From: Vicinamibacterales bacterium
Lineage (GTDB): Bacteria > Acidobacteriota > Vicinamibacteria > Vicinamibacterales > JAMQPK01
Direction: 5' to 3'
Assembly (NCBI GenBank): GCA_963761975.1
Contig: CAVXIR010000002.1
Span: 1,477,912 to 1,541,911 of the forward strand
DNA length: 64,000 nt
Position numbers and translations under genes: made by a program. This document shows positions 38,281 through 47,496 of the stretch, one piece after another; within the stretch, counting starts at the first letter, position 1; every line of letters begins with the position of its first letter. A model generated the notes under the pieces. That model was not told the origin of the DNA and searched no databases. It saw nothing but the letters and a program-made list of their open reading frames with translations.

Positions 38281-38328
38281 GCGCTCGGCCTTGGGCATTG
38301 GGTACCAGACCACACCTTGACGGCAAAC

Positions 38329-39093
38329 TTAACGCTTAGATTCCTTGCGTATCCGTGCATCAACCAGTTTTTTCAGCTCACCTGAACAGAATCGATGGAT
38401 GCGCTCGCAACAGTCCGACATCGTTGTAAGAGCGGTGGCTTGGCGGTGCGTGATGCGACTAAGGTCCTGCTGATGTCCATGCATCCCTCGCATGAACAAC
38501 AGTCGATCTCGAAATGCCTTTGAACCCAATGCAAACACTCCCGCAAACGGTCCAGAGAATGCGTCGGGCAATGTCCTAAGCGTCTCTAAACCGTCGTCGT
38601 CGCCGACAGGCATGTCTGCGACCAACGTGCGGTAACCATGGATGAACAACGTCGTGTTGGTCGCGTATTGGTCAGCAATTTCCTCGACTTCCATCACAAA
38701 CGGATGGATCGTTCTCGCCACCTGCGATTCGATCCGCTGTTTTTCACTGAAATAGTTCGGGTGGCCAGAGACCGGAAACCCCTTGATTGCTTGGACTATC
38801 GCCTGCTCGATTCTGAGCACCAGTGGCACAGCGCTGTGGGTCAAATCCTTCAGTTTCTCTGGCGCTGCATGAACATTAACCGCATGATCAATTGTTCCCA
38901 GTTCGGCTTGACCCTTTTGGAAATCAGCTTCCAGCTTGCGATGCTTCGCGCCTTCAGCTTCCCGCGCCATTTCTCGACGCCGTCGTCGTTGTTCCCGCCA
39001 ACTGACGGCGTGGAAGGACAGGTAATATGCGCCGCCGACTACAGTGGTAATGATGACCAATACAGAAGCCCACCAATTCACATCTTGGCCCAC
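38329..39093 (-). CDS. membrane-anchored hypothetical protein
   Basis: GTG at 39093 after GGAGAG. One N-terminal TM (WWASVLVIITTVVGGAYYLSF), then an Arg-rich stretch and a soluble domain of about 200 aa. Confidence 0.6.
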   Translation of the reverse strand: MGQDVNWWASVLVIITTVVGGAYYLSFHAVSWREQRRRRREMAREAEGAKHRKLEADFQKGQAELGTIDHAVNVHAAPEKLKDLTHSAVPLVLRIEQAIVQAIKGFPVSGHPNYFSEKQRIESQVARTIHPFVMEVEEIADQYATNTTLFIHGYRTLVADMPVGDDDGLETLRTLPDAFSGPFAGVFALGSKAFRDRLLFMRGMHGHQQDLSRITHRQATALTTMSDCCERIHRFCSGELKKLVDARIRKESKR

Positions 39094-39307
39094 AGGTTAC
39101 TCTCCAGCCTGACGCAGGCCTACCGTGAAGCTCGCCAACATTAATCGTCACCATCGCGAACCCAGGGCCGCGACATTACCACGCCCCTTCGTCGGCAATC
39201 CTACAAGATAGCCCGCGCGGGGAGCCTAGAACGGCCTTTTGTTTATGCTCCCTCAGCGAACGACGTCGCTTGGATGGACGAGCAAGTCCTTAAGAAAGTA
39301 AAACAAC

Positions 39308-40447
39308 TCAGGCAAGGTTCGCCAATGCCTGTAGTGATGGAGGAAGCTTCTGAAGCCGAACGGACGTCCATTCCAGATCTTCGTAACCGGCGTCGGTACG
39401 ACGGGCCGTGCCTTCTACTTCGGCTGTGAGGGTCACTTGCTTTTCACGGGTCTCTACGCGCGACTCGGACATCAGGCCTGCAATCAACGATATTGGACCG
39501 CGCGGCTCGACGATTTCACCGACTCTCACCTGTGGGGATGGAGGGTAAACGGTCACGTCGACAGAGGCGCGGAAATGTGCTGTGACCGAAACACTTAGCG
39601 TCACACTTTCGCCGGGATCGACCAGGCCGAACGTTGGTGAGACATCTACATTCTGAATTTCGATGCGTTCAAGATCTGAAACCGACCGCAATCTCTCCGA
39701 AAAGCCGGTAAATTCGGATATCGGTGCGCGAAGATTATCCTTAATGTATGTTGTTAGGCGTTGCTCGTCTGCCGTCACCACTGTCGATGCCTGCTGTTGG
39801 GATGTGTCGATCAGATTTCGAATGACGAGGTCAAATTCACTGCGGATCGTCTTGACCGTGTCTTCTAACGACATCACTCTTAGATTGACCTCTGCAACAC
39901 GAGCGACCTCTTCCGTCCCCTTGTAATCGCCGTCAGCGGAGACGATTACCGCGACTTCATCGTGGTCGCTCTGCTGTAGGTGTTCGAGGACTGACTGATA
40001 GATCAACACATCGCCCAAACCGTCCCCGTCCGCATCAAACGGCCGTTGACGATTCAGGCGCATCACAAATATATCTTCTAGTGAGCGAGTGGTCATTGGC
40101 ACCGTCTGAAGCTCGAAGTCAGCTACGATCTGCGCAACCTGGTCGCGATAGCTCGCTAACACATCATGTGTGGGTGGTGCAACGGGGGCGGCCAACCTGG
40201 GACGTCCAGCTCGCGAGAGAAACTGATTGAGGGGGCGCGGCGAATTGATAAATTGGGTGGCGGTTTGCTCGTATTCACGTTTGAACTGCGCTTCAAGCTC
40301 CTTCTCGACAGCCGACGGCAAATACAGAGTGGCATCCGGCAGGCGTTCTCTCACAAGTGTCAACAAGTTTCGTAGCTGGGTCGAAATCTTTGGCCATTGT
40401 GAAGCGGTCAGTGGCTCGCTGTCGAGGTACACTCTGGTGAACGGCAT
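39308..40447 (-). CDS. PIN-like (DUF4935-type) domain protein with unknown C-terminal domain
   Basis: N-terminal VYLDSEPL, then acidic positions (EKELE, FDADGDG, IVSADGDY), as in PIN-like DUF4935 proteins. The C-terminal ~180 aa are beta-rich. Confidence 0.55.
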   Translation of the reverse strand: MPFTRVYLDSEPLTASQWPKISTQLRNLLTLVRERLPDATLYLPSAVEKELEAQFKREYEQTATQFINSPRPLNQFLSRAGRPRLAAPVAPPTHDVLASYRDQVAQIVADFELQTVPMTTRSLEDIFVMRLNRQRPFDADGDGLGDVLIYQSVLEHLQQSDHDEVAVIVSADGDYKGTEEVARVAEVNLRVMSLEDTVKTIRSEFDLVIRNLIDTSQQQASTVVTADEQRLTTYIKDNLRAPISEFTGFSERLRSVSDLERIEIQNVDVSPTFGLVDPGESVTLSVSVTAHFRASVDVTVYPPSPQVRVGEIVEPRGPISLIAGLMSESRVETREKQVTLTAEVEGTARRTDAGYEDLEWTSVRLQKLPPSLQALANLA

Positions 40448-40494
40448 ATTCAGTTCCTCAACGAATCATCCAGGGGCGCCATTACGCAGCAGGA

Positions 40495-40671
40495 TTAGCG
40501 AGCAATTCGGAAAATCGCAAAGCGCTGCCCGGAGGACTTGAACGTTTTCAGCAAAGCTGCCTTGAAACCGCCGCGCTGTCTGGGCCGCACTAGTCGCCAG
40601 CCCTTGCCGGTGGGCATTTGCACGCCACGCTTGATGTTTGACGACCGCAGTTTGATTCGACCTCTCGCCAT
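40495..40671 (-). CDS. possible small, very basic protein (58 aa; below the ORF-track cutoff)
   Basis: ATG at 40671 lies 5 nt after AAAGGAGGA. Sequence MARGRIKLRSSNIKRGVQMPTGKGWRLVRPRQRGGFKAALLKTFKSSGQRFAIFRIAR. Ends 47 nt upstream of the PIN-like gene. Confidence 0.3.
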   Translation of the reverse strand: MARGRIKLRSSNIKRGVQMPTGKGWRLVRPRQRGGFKAALLKTFKSSGQRFAIFRIAR

Positions 40672-40823
40672 CGCGTCCTCCTTTGGCCTACATCGTTTTT
40701 AGGCGTGAACGCGTGATGAGTGATGTTTCGGTTCAACTCGTGAATACCCGTAGCATTGTGGGTACACAAAATGGCATGCACCATTTGTAATCATTGCGAC
40801 ACCAACCTCGTCGATTCGGCTGA

Positions 40824-41741
40824 ATGATAAAAACACCAACCGTGTTCATCCTCGGCGCAGGCGCCAGTGTGCCTTATGGTTTTCCAACTGGTCGTCAGCT
40901 CGTTCAGAGAATCATCGCCGGTCTCGATCCGGAGGAGAAACTGCACAACCTGCTCACGCCGCATCCTTGCGCATTCAAGGCAGAAGACCTCGTTAGGTTT
41001 CGTAGTGAACTGCGACTATCACGTCGGTCATCAGTCGATAGGTTTTTGGAAGATCGACCGGAATTCATGGCTATCGGCAAGGCTGCAATTGCCGTCGAAC
41101 TGTTGCCAATCGAGGTAGACGAATGTCTGTTGCGGGCGAGTGAGGTCGAGGATTGGTACACGTATCTATTCGACATGATGATGAGGGAGGACTTCGACCG
41201 CAATGATCTCGGCGTTATTACGTTTAACTTTGACCGTTCATTCGAGCGCGCATTGTTTCAGACACTCAAATCTGCATATAACCTCAACGACGTAGATTGC
41301 TCGGCCCTGTGTCACAAGGTGCCAGTTATTCACTTTCACGGCGATCTCGGTGAGCCGTCGTGGTACGTTGATTCATCGGGTCCACGGCGCGGCGCTCGAG
41401 ACTACGCCTGCGAGGTGCACATTCCCGATCGCAATGTCATCAAATATTGTGCGGAGCGCATCCGTCTCGGCGTTGAAGGACCCGGCGATGATATCGTTGA
41501 GGATGCTCGGGCGATGCTTCTCCGCGCAGAGTGCGTCTGTTTCATTGGGTTTGGGTACGATCCGCGTTCGCTCGAACGCCTTCAGGTTGCAGATATCATG
41601 CGCGGAAAGGTGATTCGCGGGACCGCGCTGGGCCTCTCGTCTGGTGAGCGAGGACCTGTTGAAAGGAAATTCGACAAAATTCACCTGTATGACGCGAATG
41701 CTCACAAATTCCTACGGGATACGGATGTGGTGCATCAGTAA
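40824..41741 (+). CDS. short SIR2-like (SIR2_2-type) protein
   Basis: FILGAGASVPYGFPTGRQL (Rossmann start), ITFNFDRSFERAL (TNYD-like, Asn135), VIHFHGDLG (His172) and CFIGFGYDPRSL. Confidence 0.65.
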   Translation: MIKTPTVFILGAGASVPYGFPTGRQLVQRIIAGLDPEEKLHNLLTPHPCAFKAEDLVRFRSELRLSRRSSVDRFLEDRPEFMAIGKAAIAVELLPIEVDECLLRASEVEDWYTYLFDMMMREDFDRNDLGVITFNFDRSFERALFQTLKSAYNLNDVDCSALCHKVPVIHFHGDLGEPSWYVDSSGPRRGARDYACEVHIPDRNVIKYCAERIRLGVEGPGDDIVEDARAMLLRAECVCFIGFGYDPRSLERLQVADIMRGKVIRGTALGLSSGERGPVERKFDKIHLYDANAHKFLRDTDVVHQ

Positions 41742-41778
41742 ATTCGAATGTCGTTCGACTGACCGAGCTTCGATACAA

Positions 41779-41997
41779 TTACCGCGAGGAAGCCGTTGAA
41801 AAACAATCGCGCAACATACGTGAAATGTCGTCAATTACTTGTTGCACGGAAACGTCAGCACTCTCCGTGTGCCGGAAGGAACCGTCCTCAACGTTGAGAG
41901 GCGTGTTTAGAGTTTGACCGCGTTCTATCGGTGCGACTTTGTGCGCGAGCTTCCGTCGCGAGCGATCTTTCATGATCAGCTCCGATCGATGCTCCAT
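41779..41997 (-). CDS. small hypothetical protein
   Basis: 72-aa ORF next to attR. No motif recognised. Confidence 0.25.
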   Translation of the reverse strand: MEHRSELIMKDRSRRKLAHKVAPIERGQTLNTPLNVEDGSFRHTESADVSVQQVIDDISRMLRDCFSTASSR

Positions 41998-42040
41998 CGA
42001 TGAGCGCCGCTAAGATCAGTTCTGACTATAAATTACGGTC

Positions 42041-42097
42041 GCCTCAGGAGCTAGTGGGCGCAAGCTCATCGGGGTTCAAATCCCCGCTTCCGCACCA
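42041..42097 (+). repeat. attR of the first island (57-bp copy of the tRNA-Leu 3' end)
   Basis: gcctcaggagctagtgggcgcaagctcatcggggttcaaatccccgcttccgcacca is identical to 19514-19570. Confidence 0.85.
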
Positions 42098-42107
42098 GAC
42101 TTCGAAG

Positions 42108-42136
42108 TGCCCAGCTTTTGCTGGGCATTTGCGTTT
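42108..42136 (+). terminator. Rho-independent-type terminator after the pseudo-tRNA end
   Basis: tgcccagc-tttt-gctgggca followed by tttgcgttt. Confidence 0.55.
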
Positions 42137-43131
42137 CAGGGTGAATTTAGCTAACGGATAGCTAACACAGGCCGAGATGGGAGCGGTTAGGATGGTCGCT
42201 CTTGCTCAACCCAGACCTGCGCGACCTCGTCACGCTATCCTTCAGTGGACTCGCCATCCTTGTCTCGTCGCTGCGATCTTTTTCGCCAGGCGGACCGCGA
42301 CTCGCCAAAACGCCTTTCACGAGAGGATGGTCGCACTTGCGGACGCGCGGGAGCGTGACCGCCTGCTGGCAGGACCCGAGGTGCGAGCGTCGATACAACG
42401 CGAGGCATCGCACTGGCGCGAATCAAGACTGGCGTGCAAGGTATTGGGCTCGTTGTCCGAAACGAGGGAAAGGTCACGGCCCGAAATGTCCGCGTGCTTC
42501 TCGACGGAAAACCGGCACTCGAGCATCCTCTCGTTCCGCGCGGTGAAGATGAAACACGACTCTTGGCCCGGGTGGGGAAGCTCGGTACATTCTCGCTCTA
42601 ACGATGGGCGCCGCCAGGGCTCTCGACGCTTGCATCGAGTGGCAAAAGCAACTTGTGGAATAAGGAGGGCTAGTAGAAAGAATGTGAGCGCCTTTCGCAT
42701 GGGGAGATACTTCTACAATACCTGCCCACCGCCACAATGCAACCGCTCGAAAACGTCACTCGGCCTTCCCGTTCAGTCGGTCGTTGCTGAAGCCGAATCG
42801 TCAATCTATTTTGTGCTAGCTGCAAAGCGCGGCATCGTTGCTAATTCGTTGGGGATGGGATTCAAAGAGAATGCCGACATCCCGCCTTAAGGAGGTGTGA
42901 ACTCCTTCGATCTGAGCGTCTGCCCATCTCCGGACGATCACGTTCGTGAGGCAATTGTCCATGCATTGGCAGAGGCTCTCGCAGGAGTTGCCGAGGAAGG
43001 ATTGATGCGGGGAGAGGAATGTGAACCCGCAGGTTCAGAGGCGATGACTGTCGCGCTCTCGCCGATTTTTCAGTAATCACTAGGCGACCACAGGAGTAAC
43101 CCACTATGAGGTTTCAGGATCTCGATCCTGT

Positions 43132-43206
43132 TTACGGGCGGCTAATCCACTGCTCATGCGCGGCTTCGAGCGCCTCGGCGATCTGGTTCACTTGCGCAGA
43201 GTGGAC
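43132..43206 (-). pseudogene. Relic of a Ser/Thr kinase gene (subdomain just before the catalytic loop)
   Basis: Translates to VHSAQVNQIAEALEAAHEQWISRP*. Compare QITEALEAAHEKGVIHRDLKP in the 48.7-51.4 kb pseudogene. Confidence 0.5.
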
Positions 43207-43233
43207 TACGTACCGCCTGCTCTAAACGCCGGA

Positions 43234-45906
43234 TCACGGCACGGGAATCCGATACAGGTTGCGCTGCACGCTCTCGCGCGTGAAGGCGTATGTATCAGCA
43301 GTCCGGCCGGGCACCACATCCGTTGACGCGATCACCCGCACTCCCGGCGTCTTCACAATCTCCTGCTCGGATGGGAGCCCATCGATGACGCTCTCGGGCA
43401 GGGGACGGCCCGGCGTCACCGGAAAGACGAAGGTCTTGTCCCTGCTCGCCGGAAAATTCTGCACGAACACATGCTTTCCGTCCCGAGACCACCGCATCAG
43501 TGATCTGCCCGCGATTCGTGTCGGAAGCGGAGCGCCGCCGTCGACGCGGAAAATCAAGGCACCTCCGCCCGGGCCTAAGACCAGCCAGTTGCGGTCTGGG
43601 GATTCACCCATGATGCCAATGATCGACGGGTCGAAGGCTTTCCTCAGCCCGCTTCCGTCTTCCCGAACGCGGTAGAGGAACGCGGAGGTCCCCTCGACGC
43701 TGTGAAAAAAGACTTCACCGGTCGCGCCGAACACGGGGCGTGCGCCTTCGATGTTGGGAATCTGCTGCGGCGGCGAGCGGCGGTCGAGCGGCGCCAGCCA
43801 CAAGCGAAACTTACCAGTGTTGTCAGGCGACGCGACAACGACCTGACGGCCGTCCGGGGAAATGTCGTAGCCTGCCGTGGGAGGATTCCCTGCCATTGAA
43901 ACGGCAAGGCCCGGCAGCAAGGGCTCGCTGCGTCCGGAATCGAGTTCCGCCACCCACAATTCGCTCGCGGCTCCTTTTCGCACCTGATAGAGCAGCCGCT
44001 TCCCATCGGGCGTGAATTTGGGCGCGAAGGCGTAACCTTCCAGCGAGATTTGCCGATCGCCTCCCTCCTCGTGCAGCCAGACGGAACTCTGTGTCAATCC
44101 GACGGCCGTGATGAACGAGCGGCCGTCGGGCGCCATGGCGAGTCCTTCTTCTTCGGTCGGTCCCGACGTAATCTGCTCGGGCTGTCCGTCGGGGAAGCGT
44201 TGACGCCAGATGTGGAAGGCCCCGCCGGAGTCCGAGCTGAAGTACATCCACGCCCCGTCGGGCGACCATGCGGCAAACGTACATTGGCCAGTCGGCGGGC
44301 CGACCTGCTGCCCTGCCGAACTGCCATCCAGCGGCGCCAGGCGGCACCGCACAATAGTTCCCCGCTCGTTCATCTCCACCAGCAGCATCCATTTGCCGTC
44401 GGGCGAGGGATAGGAGCGATGGGCCATGCCGCGCTCATGGGGCGGCACATAGAGATTACGCGACCCGGCCCGGCTCTCATCGGAGGTCACGATCGCCATA
44501 TGCCGGCGCTGATCTTTGATCTCAGAAAACAGCAGCTTCGATTTGTCGATCCACGCCAGCCCAGAGGCGTTCGGAAGCCACAGGCGCGGTTCTCCTCCCA
44601 GCACGGGCACGGCCCACATGTCCCAAAGCTCCCCTACAACCGAGTACGCGATCCGCGACCCGTCCGGTGAAAAGACCGGGCTCATCTTCGTGCGATTATC
44701 GCGGGTGAGCTGCACCGGCTCGCCGCTGGGCAGCATCTTCACGTAGACTTGCCCGTTCGTAGTGAAGCTCGAAGGGCCGCGGATGAAGGTGAGCATGCGG
44801 CCGTCCGGCGAGAGCGCCGGCTGGACGGCCGAGTCGGGCAGGTTCGTGATTTGCACCCATTCGGCGCGCGCCGGGGCGGAAGCAGGCTGCTTCAGCAGCC
44901 ACCCGGCCAGGCCCGCTGCGGCAACTACCAGCCCCACAACTCCCACTGTGATCGCGACAAGGCGTCGAGGCGGCCGCGCGGGCGGACGAACGGCCGTGGC
45001 TGCCCCGACTTGCCCCGAGAGTCTGCCCGACTCGGACTCCTGCTTCAGCTCTTCGAGAGCGAGCTTGATATCGGCGATGCCCTGGGCCCGGCGTTCCGGA
45101 TCCTTGCGCAGGCAACGGGCGATGATTTTGTCCAGTTCCGTCGGCACGCCCGCTGACATCTCGCTCGCGGCCTTCGGCTCGGTGTGCATGATGGCGCCAA
45201 GCGTCGAGATTTTGTTCGTGCCCTCGAAGGCGCGCCGCCCGGTGACCATCTCGTAAAGAACCGAGCCGAACGAAAAAATGTCAGAGCGGCCATCTACCTT
45301 CCTGCCCTCGGCCTGCTCGGGAGACATGTAGGCCACAGTGCCCAGGATGGCGCCCTCTTCTGTTTGAGGTCTTTCCTGCGCCGCCATGGTCGCCGTAGCG
45401 CCTTCCGGATCGTCGTCGATGACTTCAGTCAGCTTGGCCAGGCCGAAGTCGAGCAATTTCACACGGCCATCGTCGGCCACGATGATGTTGGCCGGCTTCA
45501 GATCGCGGTGGACGATTCCGGCGGCGTGGGCGCGCGCCAGTGCGTCGGCGATCTGAATTCCATACTTCAATGCATCTTTTAGACTCAGTCCACTTTTCCC
45601 GATGTATTGGTCGAGCGTCTTGCCTGGCACGAACTCCATGGCGATGAAGTCGGTGGGACCATCAGGCAGATTTGCGCTGGCGATGTCGTAAATGTGGACG
45701 ATGCCGGGGTGATTCAGGGCGGAAGCCGATTTCGCCTCTTGCACAAAGCGGCGCTTACGGTCGGGGCTGGCAGTGGCATCCGGGCGCAACACCTTGATGG
45801 CGACGGCACGGTCGAGATGGGTATCGAACGCACGATACACCACGCCCATGCCGCCCTCGCCGAGCTTGGAATCGATCCGGTAATGGCCTAGCGTCTGGCC
45901 GATCAT
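43234..45906 (-). CDS. Ser/Thr protein kinase fused to a TolB-like (PD40/WD40-like) beta-propeller
   Basis: GEGGMGVVYRA, AIKVL, HRDLKPANI, DFGLAK and YMSPEQ. Then a TM segment, then repeated SPDG...(L/I)(A/T)(F/Y) propeller motifs. Confidence 0.9.
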   Translation of the reverse strand: MIGQTLGHYRIDSKLGEGGMGVVYRAFDTHLDRAVAIKVLRPDATASPDRKRRFVQEAKSASALNHPGIVHIYDIASANLPDGPTDFIAMEFVPGKTLDQYIGKSGLSLKDALKYGIQIADALARAHAAGIVHRDLKPANIIVADDGRVKLLDFGLAKLTEVIDDDPEGATATMAAQERPQTEEGAILGTVAYMSPEQAEGRKVDGRSDIFSFGSVLYEMVTGRRAFEGTNKISTLGAIMHTEPKAASEMSAGVPTELDKIIARCLRKDPERRAQGIADIKLALEELKQESESGRLSGQVGAATAVRPPARPPRRLVAITVGVVGLVVAAAGLAGWLLKQPASAPARAEWVQITNLPDSAVQPALSPDGRMLTFIRGPSSFTTNGQVYVKMLPSGEPVQLTRDNRTKMSPVFSPDGSRIAYSVVGELWDMWAVPVLGGEPRLWLPNASGLAWIDKSKLLFSEIKDQRRHMAIVTSDESRAGSRNLYVPPHERGMAHRSYPSPDGKWMLLVEMNERGTIVRCRLAPLDGSSAGQQVGPPTGQCTFAAWSPDGAWMYFSSDSGGAFHIWRQRFPDGQPEQITSGPTEEEGLAMAPDGRSFITAVGLTQSSVWLHEEGGDRQISLEGYAFAPKFTPDGKRLLYQVRKGAASELWVAELDSGRSEPLLPGLAVSMAGNPPTAGYDISPDGRQVVVASPDNTGKFRLWLAPLDRRSPPQQIPNIEGARPVFGATGEVFFHSVEGTSAFLYRVREDGSGLRKAFDPSIIGIMGESPDRNWLVLGPGGGALIFRVDGGAPLPTRIAGRSLMRWSRDGKHVFVQNFPASRDKTFVFPVTPGRPLPESVIDGLPSEQEIVKTPGVRVIASTDVVPGRTADTYAFTRESVQRNLYRIPVP

Positions 45907-46139
45907 AGCGGCAGCCCCATGAGGCTTAGGCTCTGATTCAGCGAGGCGAGCGTCTTCGCCTCACGCTCGAACCGCGCGACACGGTGGGGGTCAGAGGCGA
46001 ATGCGCCCGGCAGGATCTTGATTGCGACTTGGCGACCCAGCGTTGTATCCGTCGCCCGGTAGACCTGGCCCATCCCACCTTCGCCGATTTGCGATGTGAT
46101 GTCGTAGACGCCGAGGCGCATGGCGGGAGTGAGAGCCAA
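45903..46139 (-). pseudogene. N-terminal fragment of a second Ser/Thr kinase
   Basis: GEGGMGQVYRATDTTLGRQVAIKILP...FEREAKTLASLN, then unrelated residues and a stop that overlaps the ATG of the full-length kinase. Confidence 0.7.
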
Positions 46140-46218
46140 AGGTAACGTGATTATACGAGCGGAAGCGGCGTGCGGACCGGATCAGTCCTCACTGACTCCG
46201 CAGGGATGACGGGGTCCC

Positions 46219-47088
46219 GTGCTGAACAGTCTGACGTCTGCCAGCGGTCAGCGGACCTACGAGCATGCGATTCGCCAGTTGGTCGCCTGGTACTGCTCGG
46301 AGCCGCGGCTCGCGTTCAACCGCACGGTGGTTCTCCGTTATCGGATCCACCTGGAGCAGCGCCGTTACGCGCCGGCAACCATCAACCTGCGACTCGCAGC
46401 GGTTCGCCGGATCGCGTACGAAGCGGCTGATGCCTGTCTGTTGAGTCCCGAACTGGCGGGCATCCGGCGCGTGAGAGGGGTCCGACGGATCGGCGTCCGC
46501 CTCGGGAACTGGTTGACGCCGGAACAGGGCCGACGGCTGCTCGCTGAAGCGGACGTGGCCACGGCGCGCGCACGACGCGATCGTGCCATGCTCGCGATGC
46601 TCATCGGATGCGGGTTGCGGCGTGGCGAGCTCCTCGCGTTGACGCTCGAATCAATTCAGCAGCGCGAGGACCACTGGGTGATTGCCGACTTGGTTGGCAA
46701 GGGTCGGCATGTGCGCACGGTGCCGATTCCGACCTGGGTGAAAACGGCCATCGACGAATGGACGGTTGCCGCGGGAATCACGAACGGCGTGGTGTTCCGC
46801 GCCATCAACAGAGCGGGGCGCGTCTGGGGCAATGGGATGTCTCCGAAGGTACTCTGGGACGTCGTCCGCGCCGCCGCTGCCCGCGCCAACATCGACAAGC
46901 TGGCGCCGCACAATCTTCGGCGCACATGTGCGAGACTGTGCCATTTGGCCGGCGGCGAACTCGACCAGATCCAGTTTCTCCTCGGGCACGTCTCGATCCA
47001 GACGACGGAGCGCTATCTGGGATGCAAGCAGAAGCTCCGCTGTGCCGTCAACGATTCGCTCGGGATCGAGCCAGATGCAGCGGTGTGA
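46219..47088 (+). CDS. tyrosine recombinase/integrase (XerC/D-like size)
   Basis: GCGLRRGELLAL (Arg), APHNLRRTCARL (HxxR) and GHVSIQTTERYL (Tyr). Confidence 0.85.
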   Translation: MLNSLTSASGQRTYEHAIRQLVAWYCSEPRLAFNRTVVLRYRIHLEQRRYAPATINLRLAAVRRIAYEAADACLLSPELAGIRRVRGVRRIGVRLGNWLTPEQGRRLLAEADVATARARRDRAMLAMLIGCGLRRGELLALTLESIQQREDHWVIADLVGKGRHVRTVPIPTWVKTAIDEWTVAAGITNGVVFRAINRAGRVWGNGMSPKVLWDVVRAAAARANIDKLAPHNLRRTCARLCHLAGGELDQIQFLLGHVSIQTTERYLGCKQKLRCAVNDSLGIEPDAAV

Positions 47089-47148
47089 GTCGTTCGACGT
47101 GGGCGGATACGCTGGAACATCCGCCCGTCGCGACTACACGGGAGAATT

Positions 47149-47496
47149 TCAGCGCGCCACCGGAGACAACGTGTTGGCATCGCGGGCAAGCAGCCAGCTT
47201 CCGTCGGGCTGCTTGCGGTAGATAGTGATCCGATGACCTGCCAGCTCCGTTGCTTCTCCCCCAACACGCGGGGTCACGGACAACGAGTCCCGGCAGAGTG
47301 TGTAGGCGACTTCGCCGATCACGACGACCTCTTCCAGCTCGCTGATGCAACGGATCCGAGATTGTTGGTGGGCGGTCGAGAAGCCGGCGGGAAATCCGTC
47401 CCGACCGAGCCGCGCTTGCCCGGGTTCAGAAACACAGCGTCGTCCGCCATCAGGGTGACCAAGCGGGCAAGTTTGGCGGCATTGATTGCGACTCAA
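47149..47496 (-). pseudogene. DUF4440/SnoaL-like gene remnant (frameshifted)
   Basis: The C-terminus ...ITIYRKQPDGSWLLARDANTLSP is typical. The N-terminal homologous stretch (AINAAKLARLVTLMADDAVFLNPG) lies in another frame upstream (to about 47540), behind a TGA. Confidence 0.5.

Larger units (their letters stand above)
19571..42097. mobile_element. tRNA-Leu-integrated genomic island (integrase, P4-type primase, excisionase-like HTH, R-M/defence cargo, IS630 x2)
   Basis: Bounded by 57-bp direct repeats of the tRNA 3' end. Carries a tyrosine integrase, a primase/helicase and an Xis-like HTH. The right half is AT-richer (spot line about 42% GC against about 67% in the core). Confidence 0.75.

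Noticed and set aside
37928-38326. 132-aa TTG-initiated ORF filling the gap after the XRE gene.
   Set aside because: It contains the perfect terminator-like palindrome at 38262-38280, has odd composition and no SD, and overlaps the XRE gene 3' end. It is more likely a 3' UTR or terminator region.
40590-40784. 64-aa track ORF in the PIN-like/SIR2-like intergenic region.
   Set aside because: It has no SD and overlaps, in another frame, the 58-codon ORF that does have a strong SD. At most one of the two is real, and the SD-bearing one is preferred.
42897-43076. 59-aa GTG ORF (NSFDLSVCPSPDDHVREAIVHALAEALAGVAEEG...) preceded by AAGGAGG. Also the signal-peptide-like 127-aa ORF 42317-42700(-) and other ORFs in 42.1-43.1 kb.
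   Set aside because: The SD sits only 1 nt from the GTG. The 127-aa ORF turns Arg/Ser-rich and shadow-like at its end. The region looks like eroded DNA of the older element, and there is not enough evidence to call genes.
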